Shown here in pieces: positions 31,867 through 40,758 of a DNA stretch of 63,415 nt. Positions within the stretch are counted from its first letter, which is position 1, and each line of letters opens with the position of its first letter. The notes under the pieces are model-generated. The model was not told the origin of the DNA. It searched no databases and saw only the letters and a list, made by a program, of their open reading frames with translations. This DNA comes from Bacteroidales bacterium. Lineage in GTDB: Bacteria > Bacteroidota > Bacteroidia > Bacteroidales > P3. The position numbers and the translations under genes were made by a program. Where the stretch lies: contig JAGADZ010000006.1 of the NCBI GenBank assembly GCA_017613375.1, positions 1 to 63,415 on the forward strand, given 5' to 3'.

Positions 31867-33903
31867 ATGAGGAAAATTTTTTATCTGCTCGTTGCTATAT
31901 TTCCTTTGTTTTTGAACGCACAAAACCGCTCAATTAAGACTGGTGATTTCGAGGTTCCGTACACTGCGAATTGGGACTTGCGTTTTCCTGGAACGTATCA
32001 TTATTATTATGGCCCTGAAGACAATATCGTATGGCATGGGCAGGCCATAGTGAACAGTAACAAAACAAATAGTGACAGAGTATATAATTATGGTGTCAGT
32101 GTATCATATACCGATAGACGTACTCTTAATGTAAAAGCCAATTACAAAGATGGGACACTGGACGGCCTTTTTACATTGAAACATGTAATAAACTTTAAGG
32201 CAACAGGAGATGTCTCTTCTACTATTGCAGGTACTTTTACATTGACGGCACATCATAAGGAGGGTGTTCCCGATGGACAGTGGAAATTCGATATTAATGC
32301 CACTCTTGATGGCAAGAACGGCGTATATAACAGCCAGGTGACTTATAAGGACGGAGCTGTCGTAAAATTTGACGCTACAGAGTCGGCAGCGGGAGAGAAG
32401 CAGTCCGAATATCATCTTACAATGGATGACAACCAATATGTAATCAATGGAACGGCATTCAATTCCGATATTGACATTACAATTAAGAATGGACTGGCTT
32501 CAGACAGACTCATTCTGATTGATTCCTATTCCGAATACCAAACGCCTAATGCTGAGCAACAAAAAATAATTGAGAATTATCAGAATGGCATTTTTAATGA
32601 GGACTCCCTCCTCGACAGGGGATTTATTTTTGTAGAAAGGAGCATCTCTGATATTAACAATACATTCATTGAAAATCTGTTTGATGAAGGTTATGTCAAT
32701 TATGATTGGTGGACAGGCGGCAATTCCAGAATAGGAACACTTACCGTGCATTATAAGGTCTTACAGCAGATTGAACTGACAAGCTTCGCCCGTTATAAGG
32801 ACAGGATGACGAACTTGTCCAGAAATGAGCTGAAACATTTGATAGCGGCCATGGACTCCACGGGACGCTATAACGACTGCTATTTGACCTCTAAGACACG
32901 AAAGGAAATACAGGAATATGCCGTCGTCTTGATTAATAAAATCAATACCGGAATCCAGAACAGAAATAAGGACGCCTTGCTTTCTTTGATTCTCCAAAAT
33001 CTCCATAACCAGCCCGTGGAGCTGAAGGATGTCAGGTACGACGAGGATAATAATATTACTTATGTCTCTTTTAAGACAGACTGCCCTTATAACACTGGAG
33101 TCGGGTTCTTCACCAAGGTGTGTGTGATTAATGATGTTGCTATAAAATATATAAGCGAACAGGTTTCAAAGGCCTTTGACCATGGAGAAACCGTTGAAAA
33201 CGAATGGGCCAGTGTCCAGACTCCCTACCGCAATACTCTCCAGAGGAATGAACAGATGTTGAGCATGATAGATGGTAAGATATTCTCGGGACTGAAAAAT
33301 TCATATTTGGAAGACTATAACACACGTTTGACTGCTCTTGACAAGAACAACCCGTCGGTGGCTAAAGATAACTTGGACTCGATTCATTCCATGATGGACA
33401 GATATACCAACTTGTGGAGAAATGTCCAGCAGAAATACAACGAGATATTGCAACAGGATAAACGTGTCCATTCAATTGTCGACGATGCCTCTTTTGTTGA
33501 AATCAACCAGGCGTATTCGACAAATTTCAACAATTTGAAAAATGCAATTAACAGCTCCCCTGCGGAAAGTGTTATGCAGACATTGTCATTCGTGTTGTCC
33601 CGTCAGCAGTCGTATTATCAACTTGCCGAACTAAAGAGACAGATACTCAGCAATAACGATATGATTGCAAATCAAGACAACAAGCAGGCCAAGCATATTC
33701 TGGAAGTTTATAATGCTTACTACCAGACATTGAATCTGGTTTTCGACTCTCCTGATAGAATTAATGAGATGCAGAATATTATTGATATCCAAAACCAAAT
33801 CATTACTGCACTTCGTAGCGAGAAAATAAAAGAATATGACAAGAGGGTGAAGAAAGCCAAAGATCCGACAATCTATACCGTCATTCAGTTGATAAATGAT
33901 TAA
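31867..33903 (+). CDS. Hypothetical secreted protein (MORN-like repeats at the N-terminus, helical/coiled C-terminal half)
   Basis: Signal peptide. Repeated Y/HK(D/E)G..DG.. units (YKDGTLDGLF, HKEGVPDGQW, YKDGAVVKF). Asn/Gln-rich helical C-terminus. Confidence 0.6.
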   Translation: MRKIFYLLVAIFPLFLNAQNRSIKTGDFEVPYTANWDLRFPGTYHYYYGPEDNIVWHGQAIVNSNKTNSDRVYNYGVSVSYTDRRTLNVKANYKDGTLDGLFTLKHVINFKATGDVSSTIAGTFTLTAHHKEGVPDGQWKFDINATLDGKNGVYNSQVTYKDGAVVKFDATESAAGEKQSEYHLTMDDNQYVINGTAFNSDIDITIKNGLASDRLILIDSYSEYQTPNAEQQKIIENYQNGIFNEDSLLDRGFIFVERSISDINNTFIENLFDEGYVNYDWWTGGNSRIGTLTVHYKVLQQIELTSFARYKDRMTNLSRNELKHLIAAMDSTGRYNDCYLTSKTRKEIQEYAVVLINKINTGIQNRNKDALLSLILQNLHNQPVELKDVRYDEDNNITYVSFKTDCPYNTGVGFFTKVCVINDVAIKYISEQVSKAFDHGETVENEWASVQTPYRNTLQRNEQMLSMIDGKIFSGLKNSYLEDYNTRLTALDKNNPSVAKDNLDSIHSMMDRYTNLWRNVQQKYNEILQQDKRVHSIVDDASFVEINQAYSTNFNNLKNAINSSPAESVMQTLSFVLSRQQSYYQLAELKRQILSNNDMIANQDNKQAKHILEVYNAYYQTLNLVFDSPDRINEMQNIIDIQNQIITALRSEKIKEYDKRVKKAKDPTIYTVIQLIND

Positions 33904-33940
33904 AGAACAACAGCGAAGGTCTTTCCTTCGCTGTTGTTCT
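33904..33940. terminator. Bidirectional hairpin terminator
   Basis: AGAACAACAGCGAAGG-tcttt-CCTTCGCTGTTGTTCT, a 16-bp perfect stem between convergent genes. Confidence 0.8.
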
Positions 33941-34825
33941 TTATCTATTCCGATGCAAAGAGAGCATTCTTGCCTTGCCTCGGAAGTCGTCATGTATTGT
34001 TCCCTCAAATCCGTCTTCTTTTAGCAGGTGCATTGTCTCATGCCCAAGATGTTCGTTGATTTCCAAGACGAGTAAGCCATCGGCAGCAAGATGCCTTTTG
34101 GCGATATTTGCAATAGCCTTGTAAAATTTCAATGGGTCCTCATTGGGGACAAACAACGCCTCGGCGGGTTCCCAATTCAGCACATTACGTTGCATTGTGC
34201 TTCTTTCTTGTTGCATCACATAAGGAGGGTTGCTGATAATCAAGTCGAAAGGAAAGGGTGGGGTAGGAACGTCATTCTGAAGCAGGTCCATCTGTATGAA
34301 ATCTACTCTGACATTGTTGTTTTCCGCGTTTTCACGGGCTTTGTCCAGAGCTTTTCCTGAGATGTCCACCGCTGTCACTTCGGCATTGGACCACTCTTTT
34401 GCCAATGCTATGGCGATACATCCACTGCCGGTGCATAAGTCCAGTATCCTTTTCGGGGTCCTTCCTTCGTGCATGGCGATGGTTTTCCGCACAATCTCTT
34501 CTGTCTCGGGTCTCGGTATCAGGGTGTTCTCATCAACTTCTATGCGACATCCGCAAAACTCTGTCCAACCGATGATTTGTTGTATAGGACGCTGTCGCTT
34601 CAAATCCTCCACAGCCCAATGGAAACGCAGCAGGTCGGATTGATTGATTGTCTCGTCGCGATGAACAAGGAAGTCTGTGAGACTCCATCCCATCCAAGCC
34701 TCGAACATCATCCTTACAAACATGCGTATTTCTCCCTCGGGATAAAGTTTTTGCAATTCGGTGAGGCAGTAGCGTTCTATGTCACGTACTCTGTTTGAGG
34801 ATATATGTAGTTCGGTAGTATTCAT
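33941..34825 (-). CDS. prmC: Peptide chain release factor N5-glutamine methyltransferase
   Basis: DLCTGSGCIAI (SAM motif I) and IISNPPYV (NPPY). Confidence 0.85.
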   Translation of the reverse strand: MNTTELHISSNRVRDIERYCLTELQKLYPEGEIRMFVRMMFEAWMGWSLTDFLVHRDETINQSDLLRFHWAVEDLKRQRPIQQIIGWTEFCGCRIEVDENTLIPRPETEEIVRKTIAMHEGRTPKRILDLCTGSGCIAIALAKEWSNAEVTAVDISGKALDKARENAENNNVRVDFIQMDLLQNDVPTPPFPFDLIISNPPYVMQQERSTMQRNVLNWEPAEALFVPNEDPLKFYKAIANIAKRHLAADGLLVLEINEHLGHETMHLLKEDGFEGTIHDDFRGKARMLSLHRNR

Positions 34826-35484
34826 TTCCTATTGAAATCGGCAGGAATCTCACCCCATTGCTCGGTGTTCCATTTCAGTATTTCTGTGGAATAGCTGTTG
34901 TTGTGAAGCCATGCTTCGGCTCGGTGTATCACGTCATACAGTTGTGCTGTCTCTGGGGTGAGTGGCAGTTTTGTACGGCACTGTTTTGCCAAAACCCATT
35001 TTATGGCGTTCACTGAGTCTGAATACAGCACTTGGTTCATTTTGTTTTTCTTCAAGTAGGCCAATCCGTGAACTATTGCGAGAAATTCCCCTATGTTGTT
35101 TGTCCCTACGGGTGCTTTGTAATGAAACAGCTGTGTGCGACTGGCGACATAAACGCCTTGGTATTCCATCACCCCGGGATTGCCGCTGCAGGCCGCGTCG
35201 ACAGCTATGGAGTCTAAAATAGGGACAGGACCATTGGAGTCCTTGTTAATCACAGTCATGCCTTCATCGTCAATGGACAATACGGTGTTGTTTTGTTTAG
35301 TGGGTACAGAAATAGAGAGTTCGGGGCCTAAGCGCAGAGCTTGTTCGGCGAGTGAAATACTTTCGTATGACTTGTATTTTGCACCGGCTACTCCTTTTAT
35401 TTGTTCTTCACATTCGGCCCACGAATTGTATATGCCAGGTTGTTTGCCTTGCCAGACTACATAGTATTTTTGTTTTTTTGCCAT
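34822..35484 (-). CDS. rnhA: Ribonuclease HI with an N-terminal viroplasmin-like dsRNA/hybrid-binding domain
   Basis: N-terminus KYYVVWQGKQPGIYNSWAECEEQI. RNase H catalytic contexts DAACSGNPG, NNIGEFLAI and YSDS. It overlaps the prmC start by 4 nt (ATGA). Confidence 0.8.
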   Translation of the reverse strand: MAKKQKYYVVWQGKQPGIYNSWAECEEQIKGVAGAKYKSYESISLAEQALRLGPELSISVPTKQNNTVLSIDDEGMTVINKDSNGPVPILDSIAVDAACSGNPGVMEYQGVYVASRTQLFHYKAPVGTNNIGEFLAIVHGLAYLKKNKMNQVLYSDSVNAIKWVLAKQCRTKLPLTPETAQLYDVIHRAEAWLHNNSYSTEILKWNTEQWGEIPADFNRK

Positions 35485-35635
35485 CGTTAGATGTCTCTCT
35501 ATTCGTCTTCTGCAAAAGGTACCATTCTCTTTATCATGGCTATTTCCAAGGAGATGAGGTTGACCATTAGAAAAAGAAAACTAAAAAACTTGTGCAAAAA
35601 TACACTTTTTTTCTCACACATTAGAAAAATATATG

Positions 35636-35643
35636 TATTTTTG
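35636..35643 (+). promoter_or_regulatory. -7 promoter box TATTTTTG
   Basis: TAnnTTTG match 27 nt upstream of the ATG at 35670. Confidence 0.5.
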
Positions 35644-35669
35644 CATCGTGAATTTAATATGAAAGATAT

Positions 35670-36140
35670 ATGAGAAGATTATTATTATCTGTTTTTGTTC
35701 TGTCAACGTTGCTTTTTTGTGCCTGTCACAAAGAAGAGGAGAAACCTGTCGAACAACCTGTGGACAATAATCCTGCAAACGCTTTCGTCGGAGAATATGA
35801 TGTGGATGTCGAGGCAACGCTTATCCTGCCTATTATTGGAGAATATCCGTTAAGTATGCCTGACATGGACGGCTCTATTGTCAAGGTTGGCGATGATGGC
35901 GATGTCAGGGTTACCCTTTTTGGCCAGACTCAAGATGCCTATGTACGCAACGACGGCATGCATGTCGATCCATTTATTATGAATCAGGATATCTCTGGAA
36001 TGACTTTGGCGATTACTGTCGCCATGCCTGTGGTCAAAGCACCTGTCGACGGTGTGATAACCACTACCGCCATACTCAGTGGGACGACTTCGCTGGGTGC
36101 TATAAACGGAACGGCGGATATTGTTGCTGTTAGAAGATAA
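35670..36140 (+). CDS. Hypothetical lipoprotein
   Basis: Lipobox LLFCAC. No family recognised. Confidence 0.6.
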   Translation: MRRLLLSVFVLSTLLFCACHKEEEKPVEQPVDNNPANAFVGEYDVDVEATLILPIIGEYPLSMPDMDGSIVKVGDDGDVRVTLFGQTQDAYVRNDGMHVDPFIMNQDISGMTLAITVAMPVVKAPVDGVITTTAILSGTTSLGAINGTADIVAVRR

Positions 36141-36161
36141 AACAACAGTTTGTATAAAAAT

Positions 36162-36200
36162 AACGAAGCCGCATCATTGATTGACGCGGCTTCGTTTTAT
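36162..36200. terminator. Bidirectional hairpin terminator
   Basis: AACGAAGCCGC-atcattgattgac-GCGGCTTCGTT followed by TTTAT, between convergent genes. Confidence 0.7.
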
Positions 36201-36236
36201 ATTGACATCGCGGGGATGTGATGATTCCCTTGTGTC

Positions 36237-37226
36237 TTATGCTCCAAGTTCGAGGCGTTTGAATCCTGTGCACTTGAGTTCTTTGTCAGTGCGGGCGATA
36301 AAATCCTTCACGCTGACTTTGCTTTCCATGATGTACTCCTGGTTCATCAGGGTATTCTCCTGGAAGAACTTGTTCAGACGGCCTTTTGCAATGCCTTCAA
36401 TCTTGGCTTCGGGCAGTGATGCTGATGTCTCGGCACCGACCTTCTCCTTGATTTCACGAGCCATCTTGGCCTGTTCCTCTGTGATCCAACCTTTGGCCAT
36501 GTTGGAGTTGATGTGATCTTCGCTGTCAACATGAGCGGGGTTGATGCCGGCTTTCTTGAGAGCGGCTTCAACAGCTTTCTGTGTCAACTCCTCTTTGGTC
36601 TTCTCGCGGTAGACGTTGAGCTCGGTGTCGATGACGTTCTGAGGAACGCTCTGCTCATCGAGGGCAACGGGACGCATGGCCACGACTTGCATAGCCACGT
36701 TGTGTCCTACCTCGTCAAAACCAGCCTTGTTCATTCCAACGATGCTGGCCATGCGGTTACCAGGATGGATGTATGCGTAGACGGCCTCGGCGTTGATGGC
36801 TTCAAAGTGTGCGAGCTCAATCTTTTCGCCGATTTTGGCAATCTGGTCGGTGATGCTGTCGCTGACTTTGCGGCCGTTGAGGTCCATCTCCATTACCTCA
36901 TCCTTGGTGGTAAGGTGTTTTGCCATGGCATTGTCAAGGATGGAAGTGGTGAAAGCAACGAAATCAGCGTTGGTTGCCACGAAGTCGGTCTCGCAGCTAA
37001 GCATGATGATGGCACCGTAGTTGCCAGTGCTTTTTGCTAAAACGCAGCCTTCATTGGCATCGCGGTCTGCACGCTTTGCGGCCATTTTCTGACCTTTCTG
37101 GCGCAGAAGCTCGATGGCTTTCTGAACGTCGCCGTCACATTCTACGAGGGCTTTCTTGCAGTCCATCATTCCCACGCCAGTCAACTGACGCAGCTCGTTT
37201 ACCTGTTTTGCGGTGATATTTGCCAT
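36237..37226 (-). CDS. tsf: Translation elongation factor Ts
   Basis: MANITAKQVNELRQLTGVGMMDCKKAL is the UBA-like N-terminus of EF-Ts. 329 aa. Confidence 0.95.
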   Translation of the reverse strand: MANITAKQVNELRQLTGVGMMDCKKALVECDGDVQKAIELLRQKGQKMAAKRADRDANEGCVLAKSTGNYGAIIMLSCETDFVATNADFVAFTTSILDNAMAKHLTTKDEVMEMDLNGRKVSDSITDQIAKIGEKIELAHFEAINAEAVYAYIHPGNRMASIVGMNKAGFDEVGHNVAMQVVAMRPVALDEQSVPQNVIDTELNVYREKTKEELTQKAVEAALKKAGINPAHVDSEDHINSNMAKGWITEEQAKMAREIKEKVGAETSASLPEAKIEGIAKGRLNKFFQENTLMNQEYIMESKVSVKDFIARTDKELKCTGFKRLELGA

Positions 37227-37238
37227 AGTTTTAACTCC

Positions 37239-38063
37239 TTATTGTTCTTTGTTTGTGTTACTTTTTTTTCTCGGACGACGCGGGCGGGCATCTTCACGTG
37301 CTTCGGTTTGCTCCTCGGCAGCGGTCTCTACAACTTCTTCGTCTTTCTCTTCCTCGACATGGTTTTCCTTGTCGAGCATACGTTCGTTAAGACCTTCCTG
37401 AATGGCTTCCACCATAGGTTTAAGGATGGCGGCAATCGACTTCGAAGCATCATCGTTTGCGGGAATCGGGAAGTCGATAAGGTCAGGGTTGCAGTTGGTG
37501 TCGACAATGGCGAAAGTCGGTATGTTCAGTCTGCGAGCCTCGGCAACGGCAATGTGCTCCTTGTTGATGTCGATGACAAACAGGGCGCTGGGCAGACGGG
37601 TCAAGTCGGCGATACTGCCAAGGTTCTTGTCGAGTTTGGCACGTTCACGCTTAACCTGGAGACGTTCGCGTTTGGAGATATTGTTGAAATCCTTGTCGTG
37701 CATCATCTGATCCAATGAGTTCATCTTCTTGACAGCCTTGCGGATTGTAGAGAAGTTGGTCAGCATACCGCCGGGCCAACGCTCGGTGACGAAAGGCATG
37801 TCTACCGTCTTCACCATCTCGGAAACAACATCTTTTGCCTGTTTCTTTGTGGCGACGAAAAGAACTTTCTTGCCGGATTTTGCTATTTGCTTCAGAGCGG
37901 CGGCAGCCTCTTCGGCTTTGGCGATGGTCTTCTGAAGGTCAATAACATGGATGCCGTTGTGCTCCTTGAAGATATAAGGAGCCATTTTGGGATTCCATTT
38001 TCTTTTGAGGTGGCCAAAGTGGCAACCTGCGTCGAGTAATTCTTCGAATTTTAATTCTGTCAT
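37239..38063 (-). CDS. rpsB: 30S ribosomal protein S2
   Basis: LLDAGCHFGH and WPGGMLTNF are conserved S2 blocks. A charged C-terminal tail is present. Confidence 0.95.
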   Translation of the reverse strand: MTELKFEELLDAGCHFGHLKRKWNPKMAPYIFKEHNGIHVIDLQKTIAKAEEAAAALKQIAKSGKKVLFVATKKQAKDVVSEMVKTVDMPFVTERWPGGMLTNFSTIRKAVKKMNSLDQMMHDKDFNNISKRERLQVKRERAKLDKNLGSIADLTRLPSALFVIDINKEHIAVAEARRLNIPTFAIVDTNCNPDLIDFPIPANDDASKSIAAILKPMVEAIQEGLNERMLDKENHVEEEKDEEVVETAAEEQTEAREDARPRRPRKKSNTNKEQ

Positions 38064-38198
38064 TTTTTTTGTTGTTTACATTCCTTGATTACCAATTGCG
38101 GGGTAGTCCTTTGGGCCCGGTTTTTCGGCGGTCTCATGCTGCCGAGGTGGCAACCGTGCAGAGTCCCTGCAATTTGGATACTAAACTATTCTTTAATT

Positions 38199-38267
38199 GT
38201 GAATTCTGAAAGATGAATTTCGAAAATCTGGCGGTAGCCGTTTCTAAATTCAAGATTCTAAATTCAT
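38199..38267. repeat. Long imperfect hairpin made of GAATTC/GAAATTC words in the rpsI-rpsB spacer (same word family as 11305..11424)
   Basis: gtgaattctgaaagatgaatttcgaaaatctggcgg-tag-ccgtttctaaattcaagattctaaattcat. The arms are roughly complementary. On the minus strand it contains TTCGAAATTCA and TTTCAGAATTCA, both also present at 11305..11424. Confidence 0.65.
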
Positions 38268-38275
38268 AATTAATA

Positions 38276-38665
38276 TTAACGTTTGCTGAATTGGAAACGT
38301 TTACGTGCTTTGGGCTGACCGGGTTTCTTACGCTCGACCATACGCGGGTCACGCATAAGGAGACTCTTAGCCTTCAGAGCCGGACGATCCTCGGCGTTGT
38401 TCTCGCAGAGAGCGCGGGCAATAGCCATTCTCAGTGCTTCTGCCTGGCCGGTGATTCCACCGCCGTCAAGATTAGCCTTGACATCCCATTTGCCTTCTGC
38501 GTCGACAATCTGGAAAGCCTGATTGACGATGAACTGCAGCGGACCTGTGGGGAAATATTCTTTATAGTCTCTGTTGTTGACGGTGATCTTTCCGCTACCC
38601 GGGGTCATATAAATACGGGCAACAGCGGTCTTTCTTCTACCTATAGTGTTGATTACTTGCTCCAT
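38276..38665 (-). CDS. rpsI: 30S ribosomal protein S9
   Basis: GRRKTAVARIY...GGGITGQAEA...KKPGQPKARKRFQFSKR. Confidence 0.95.
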   Translation of the reverse strand: MEQVINTIGRRKTAVARIYMTPGSGKITVNNRDYKEYFPTGPLQFIVNQAFQIVDAEGKWDVKANLDGGGITGQAEALRMAIARALCENNAEDRPALKAKSLLMRDPRMVERKKPGQPKARKRFQFSKR

Positions 38666-38670
38666 TGTTA

Positions 38671-39126
38671 TTATCTTATGTCGTTAATATTGATAACTTT
38701 AGGATTCTGTGCCTGATGAGGATGCTCACTACCGACGTAGATGTAAAGGTTGCGGTAGAGGGCGTCTCCCAAACGGTTCTTCGGAAGCATGCCGCGGATG
38801 GCGTGCTCGAGAATACGCTCGGGATGGCTGGCCAACACCTTGGCAGGAGTGGTCTCGCGCTGTCCTCCCGGATATCCGGTATAACGCTGGTAAATCTTGT
38901 CGGTCATTTTCTTACCCGTGAAAACAATCTTCTCAGCATTGATGATGATAACGTTGTCGCCGCAATCAACGTGCGGTGTGAAGTAAGGTTTTGTCTTACC
39001 TCTCAGAATATTGGCTACTCGCGTTGCCAGACGTCCTACGGTCTGATTCTCTGCGTCTACAAGAACCCATTCTTTCTGTACGGTATTCTTGTTTGCCGAT
39101 ACTGTCTTGTAACTTAATGTACTCAT
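38671..39126 (-). CDS. rplM: 50S ribosomal protein L13
   Basis: EWVLVDAENQTVGRLAT...YTGYPGG is the conserved L13 pattern. Confidence 0.95.
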   Translation of the reverse strand: MSTLSYKTVSANKNTVQKEWVLVDAENQTVGRLATRVANILRGKTKPYFTPHVDCGDNVIIINAEKIVFTGKKMTDKIYQRYTGYPGGQRETTPAKVLASHPERILEHAIRGMLPKNRLGDALYRNLYIYVGSEHPHQAQNPKVININDIR

Positions 39127-39324
39127 TTTTTACTTTACGATGATGTTCTTTACTTTTTTGTCTTTCGACATCCTTTCGGATGCCCGATTCCTTTTTTTTC
39201 TCTTGATTTCAATAACAATATTTGGACTGACGGATAATCCAGATACAGCCATATCTATCTGATGGAGAAGATATTGAACGGGTAATCATTTCTTCTCACA
39301 TCACTTTAAGAGGGTGCAAAATTA
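39127..39324 (-). promoter_or_regulatory. Promoter (-7 box TAATTTTG, complement of 39317..39324) and a roughly 185-nt 5' leader of rplM-rpsI
   Basis: The box reads gtttgTAATTTTGcaccc on the minus strand. The leader contains small hairpins, for example CATCC-gaaa-GGATG (minus-strand orientation). Confidence 0.35.
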
Positions 39325-39410
39325 CAAACAATTTTTGTTCTGACAAAATTTATTTGTTCATTTCTTCTTAAAAAATGTTGAAAAGTTTTTGGCTGTACCA
39401 ACTGTCCGGA

Positions 39411-40598
39411 CTATGCCGGGCTGCACAGCAGGGCGGTCTTTTTGGTTCCGACGGTGCATGCGATGACATGTTTGTCGCCTCCTTCAACAAGTCCGGTCTG
39501 TTTCTGCAAAGTGGCTGCATCAACGGGGTAGTTGCGTACTGTGACGTGTGCCCTCTTTTCGGGGATGGCCGCGTAGAGGCTTTTTTTGTTCAGTGCTATT
39601 GTCCCTTCTACAACGAAGATGCGTCCCGGGAAGTCTTTGTGCAATTCCGAGGAGGTGTATAGATGTGTGTTGCGCGACAGTTTCGCCAATCCCCATTTGA
39701 GGCAGATGCTCTTGAATGCACCGCCTTTCATGATGGCGGCATTGGGTTCGTAAAGGTATTTCCCTACAGTGTCGCAGTAGGTCGCTTGTGTCAGATATTC
39801 CTCTTTACGTGTAAATTTGAGGGTGTTGACGCTTCCGTCATGCCGGATGTCCGTGCAGTGTATTGTTGGCATTTTGTCCCTGTCGTCGCAGATAAAAAGG
39901 ACTTCTTTGCACTCGTTCCTGACAGCGATTACATGGATGTCGCATACATTGCCGAGTTGTGACGCCGCCAAGTCAATATCTATCATGGGCGACGCTTTCA
40001 CCATCAAGGTGTCGCAGTGTTTTGCCAGTAGTTCCCGGAAGGTCAGGATGTCTGGCGAGCATTCCTCGAATGCGGCTACTTTTCTGCCGTTTCTGTCTCT
40101 CCTCGCAGGGTCGATGAATATCAGGCTGAAATATTTCCCGCAGTTTCTAAGCCATTCCATGCTGTCACAACAATGGCATGTGATGTTCTTTTTCCCGAGC
40201 ATCTGCCTGTTATGTTCCATGATATTGCAAAGAGCAGGGTCTTGTTCCACATAGTCTGTTGTTGCCTCTGTCTGTGCAAGAAACAAAGTGTCTATGCCCA
40301 TCCCTCCGGTCAGGTCGGCGATAGTGACTATGGGGTGAGTCATACTGGTGACAATGGAAAGTTTGTGTTTCGCTGTCGCCTCCGAAGAGCTTTGCTCACG
40401 ATTCAGTTTGGGAGGATATATAATTTGATTACAAGCGGCAAGCGTCGGCCATTTAGTCGACGCTTGTCGCTTCCCTTCTATCTGTTGTGCAGCCATCGCT
40501 ATGTCGACATCAGGATAGCGGTCTTTTTGCAGCAACAGTTTCGTTGGGTCTTCGTCCCTGTGTTTCTGGACGAACTCTAATAATCTGTCTATATCCAT
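39411..40598 (-). CDS. Class I SAM-dependent methyltransferase with a THUMP-like C-terminal domain
   Basis: IADLTGGMGIDTLFLA (SAM motif I) and IFIDPARR. 395 aa. Confidence 0.7.
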   Translation of the reverse strand: MDIDRLLEFVQKHRDEDPTKLLLQKDRYPDVDIAMAAQQIEGKRQASTKWPTLAACNQIIYPPKLNREQSSSEATAKHKLSIVTSMTHPIVTIADLTGGMGIDTLFLAQTEATTDYVEQDPALCNIMEHNRQMLGKKNITCHCCDSMEWLRNCGKYFSLIFIDPARRDRNGRKVAAFEECSPDILTFRELLAKHCDTLMVKASPMIDIDLAASQLGNVCDIHVIAVRNECKEVLFICDDRDKMPTIHCTDIRHDGSVNTLKFTRKEEYLTQATYCDTVGKYLYEPNAAIMKGGAFKSICLKWGLAKLSRNTHLYTSSELHKDFPGRIFVVEGTIALNKKSLYAAIPEKRAHVTVRNYPVDAATLQKQTGLVEGGDKHVIACTVGTKKTALLCSPA

Positions 40599-40600
40599 TA

Positions 40601-40758
40601 AAAGTCAACGTCGAGTTAAAGTAACGTTAAGAATAACGTTAAAGTTGACGCTATCGTTTGCTCCACTTCGGTCGCAGGCCATGGCCATAGGTCAGGCAGA
40701 AGGTTGAAAACAAGTTTTCGTTTTCGTCAAAAACGTTAAAGTTAAGGTTAAAGTCAAA
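40601..40758. repeat. Spacer made of AACGTTAA/GTTAAAG short-period words flanking a GC-rich roughly 75-nt core
   Basis: The left block is aaagtcaacgtcgagttaaagtaacgttaagaataacgttaaagttgacg. The core is ctatcgtttgctccacttcggtcgcaggccatggccataggtcaggcagaaggttg. The right block is cgtcaaaaacgttaaagttaaggttaaagtcaaatt. Confidence 0.6.
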
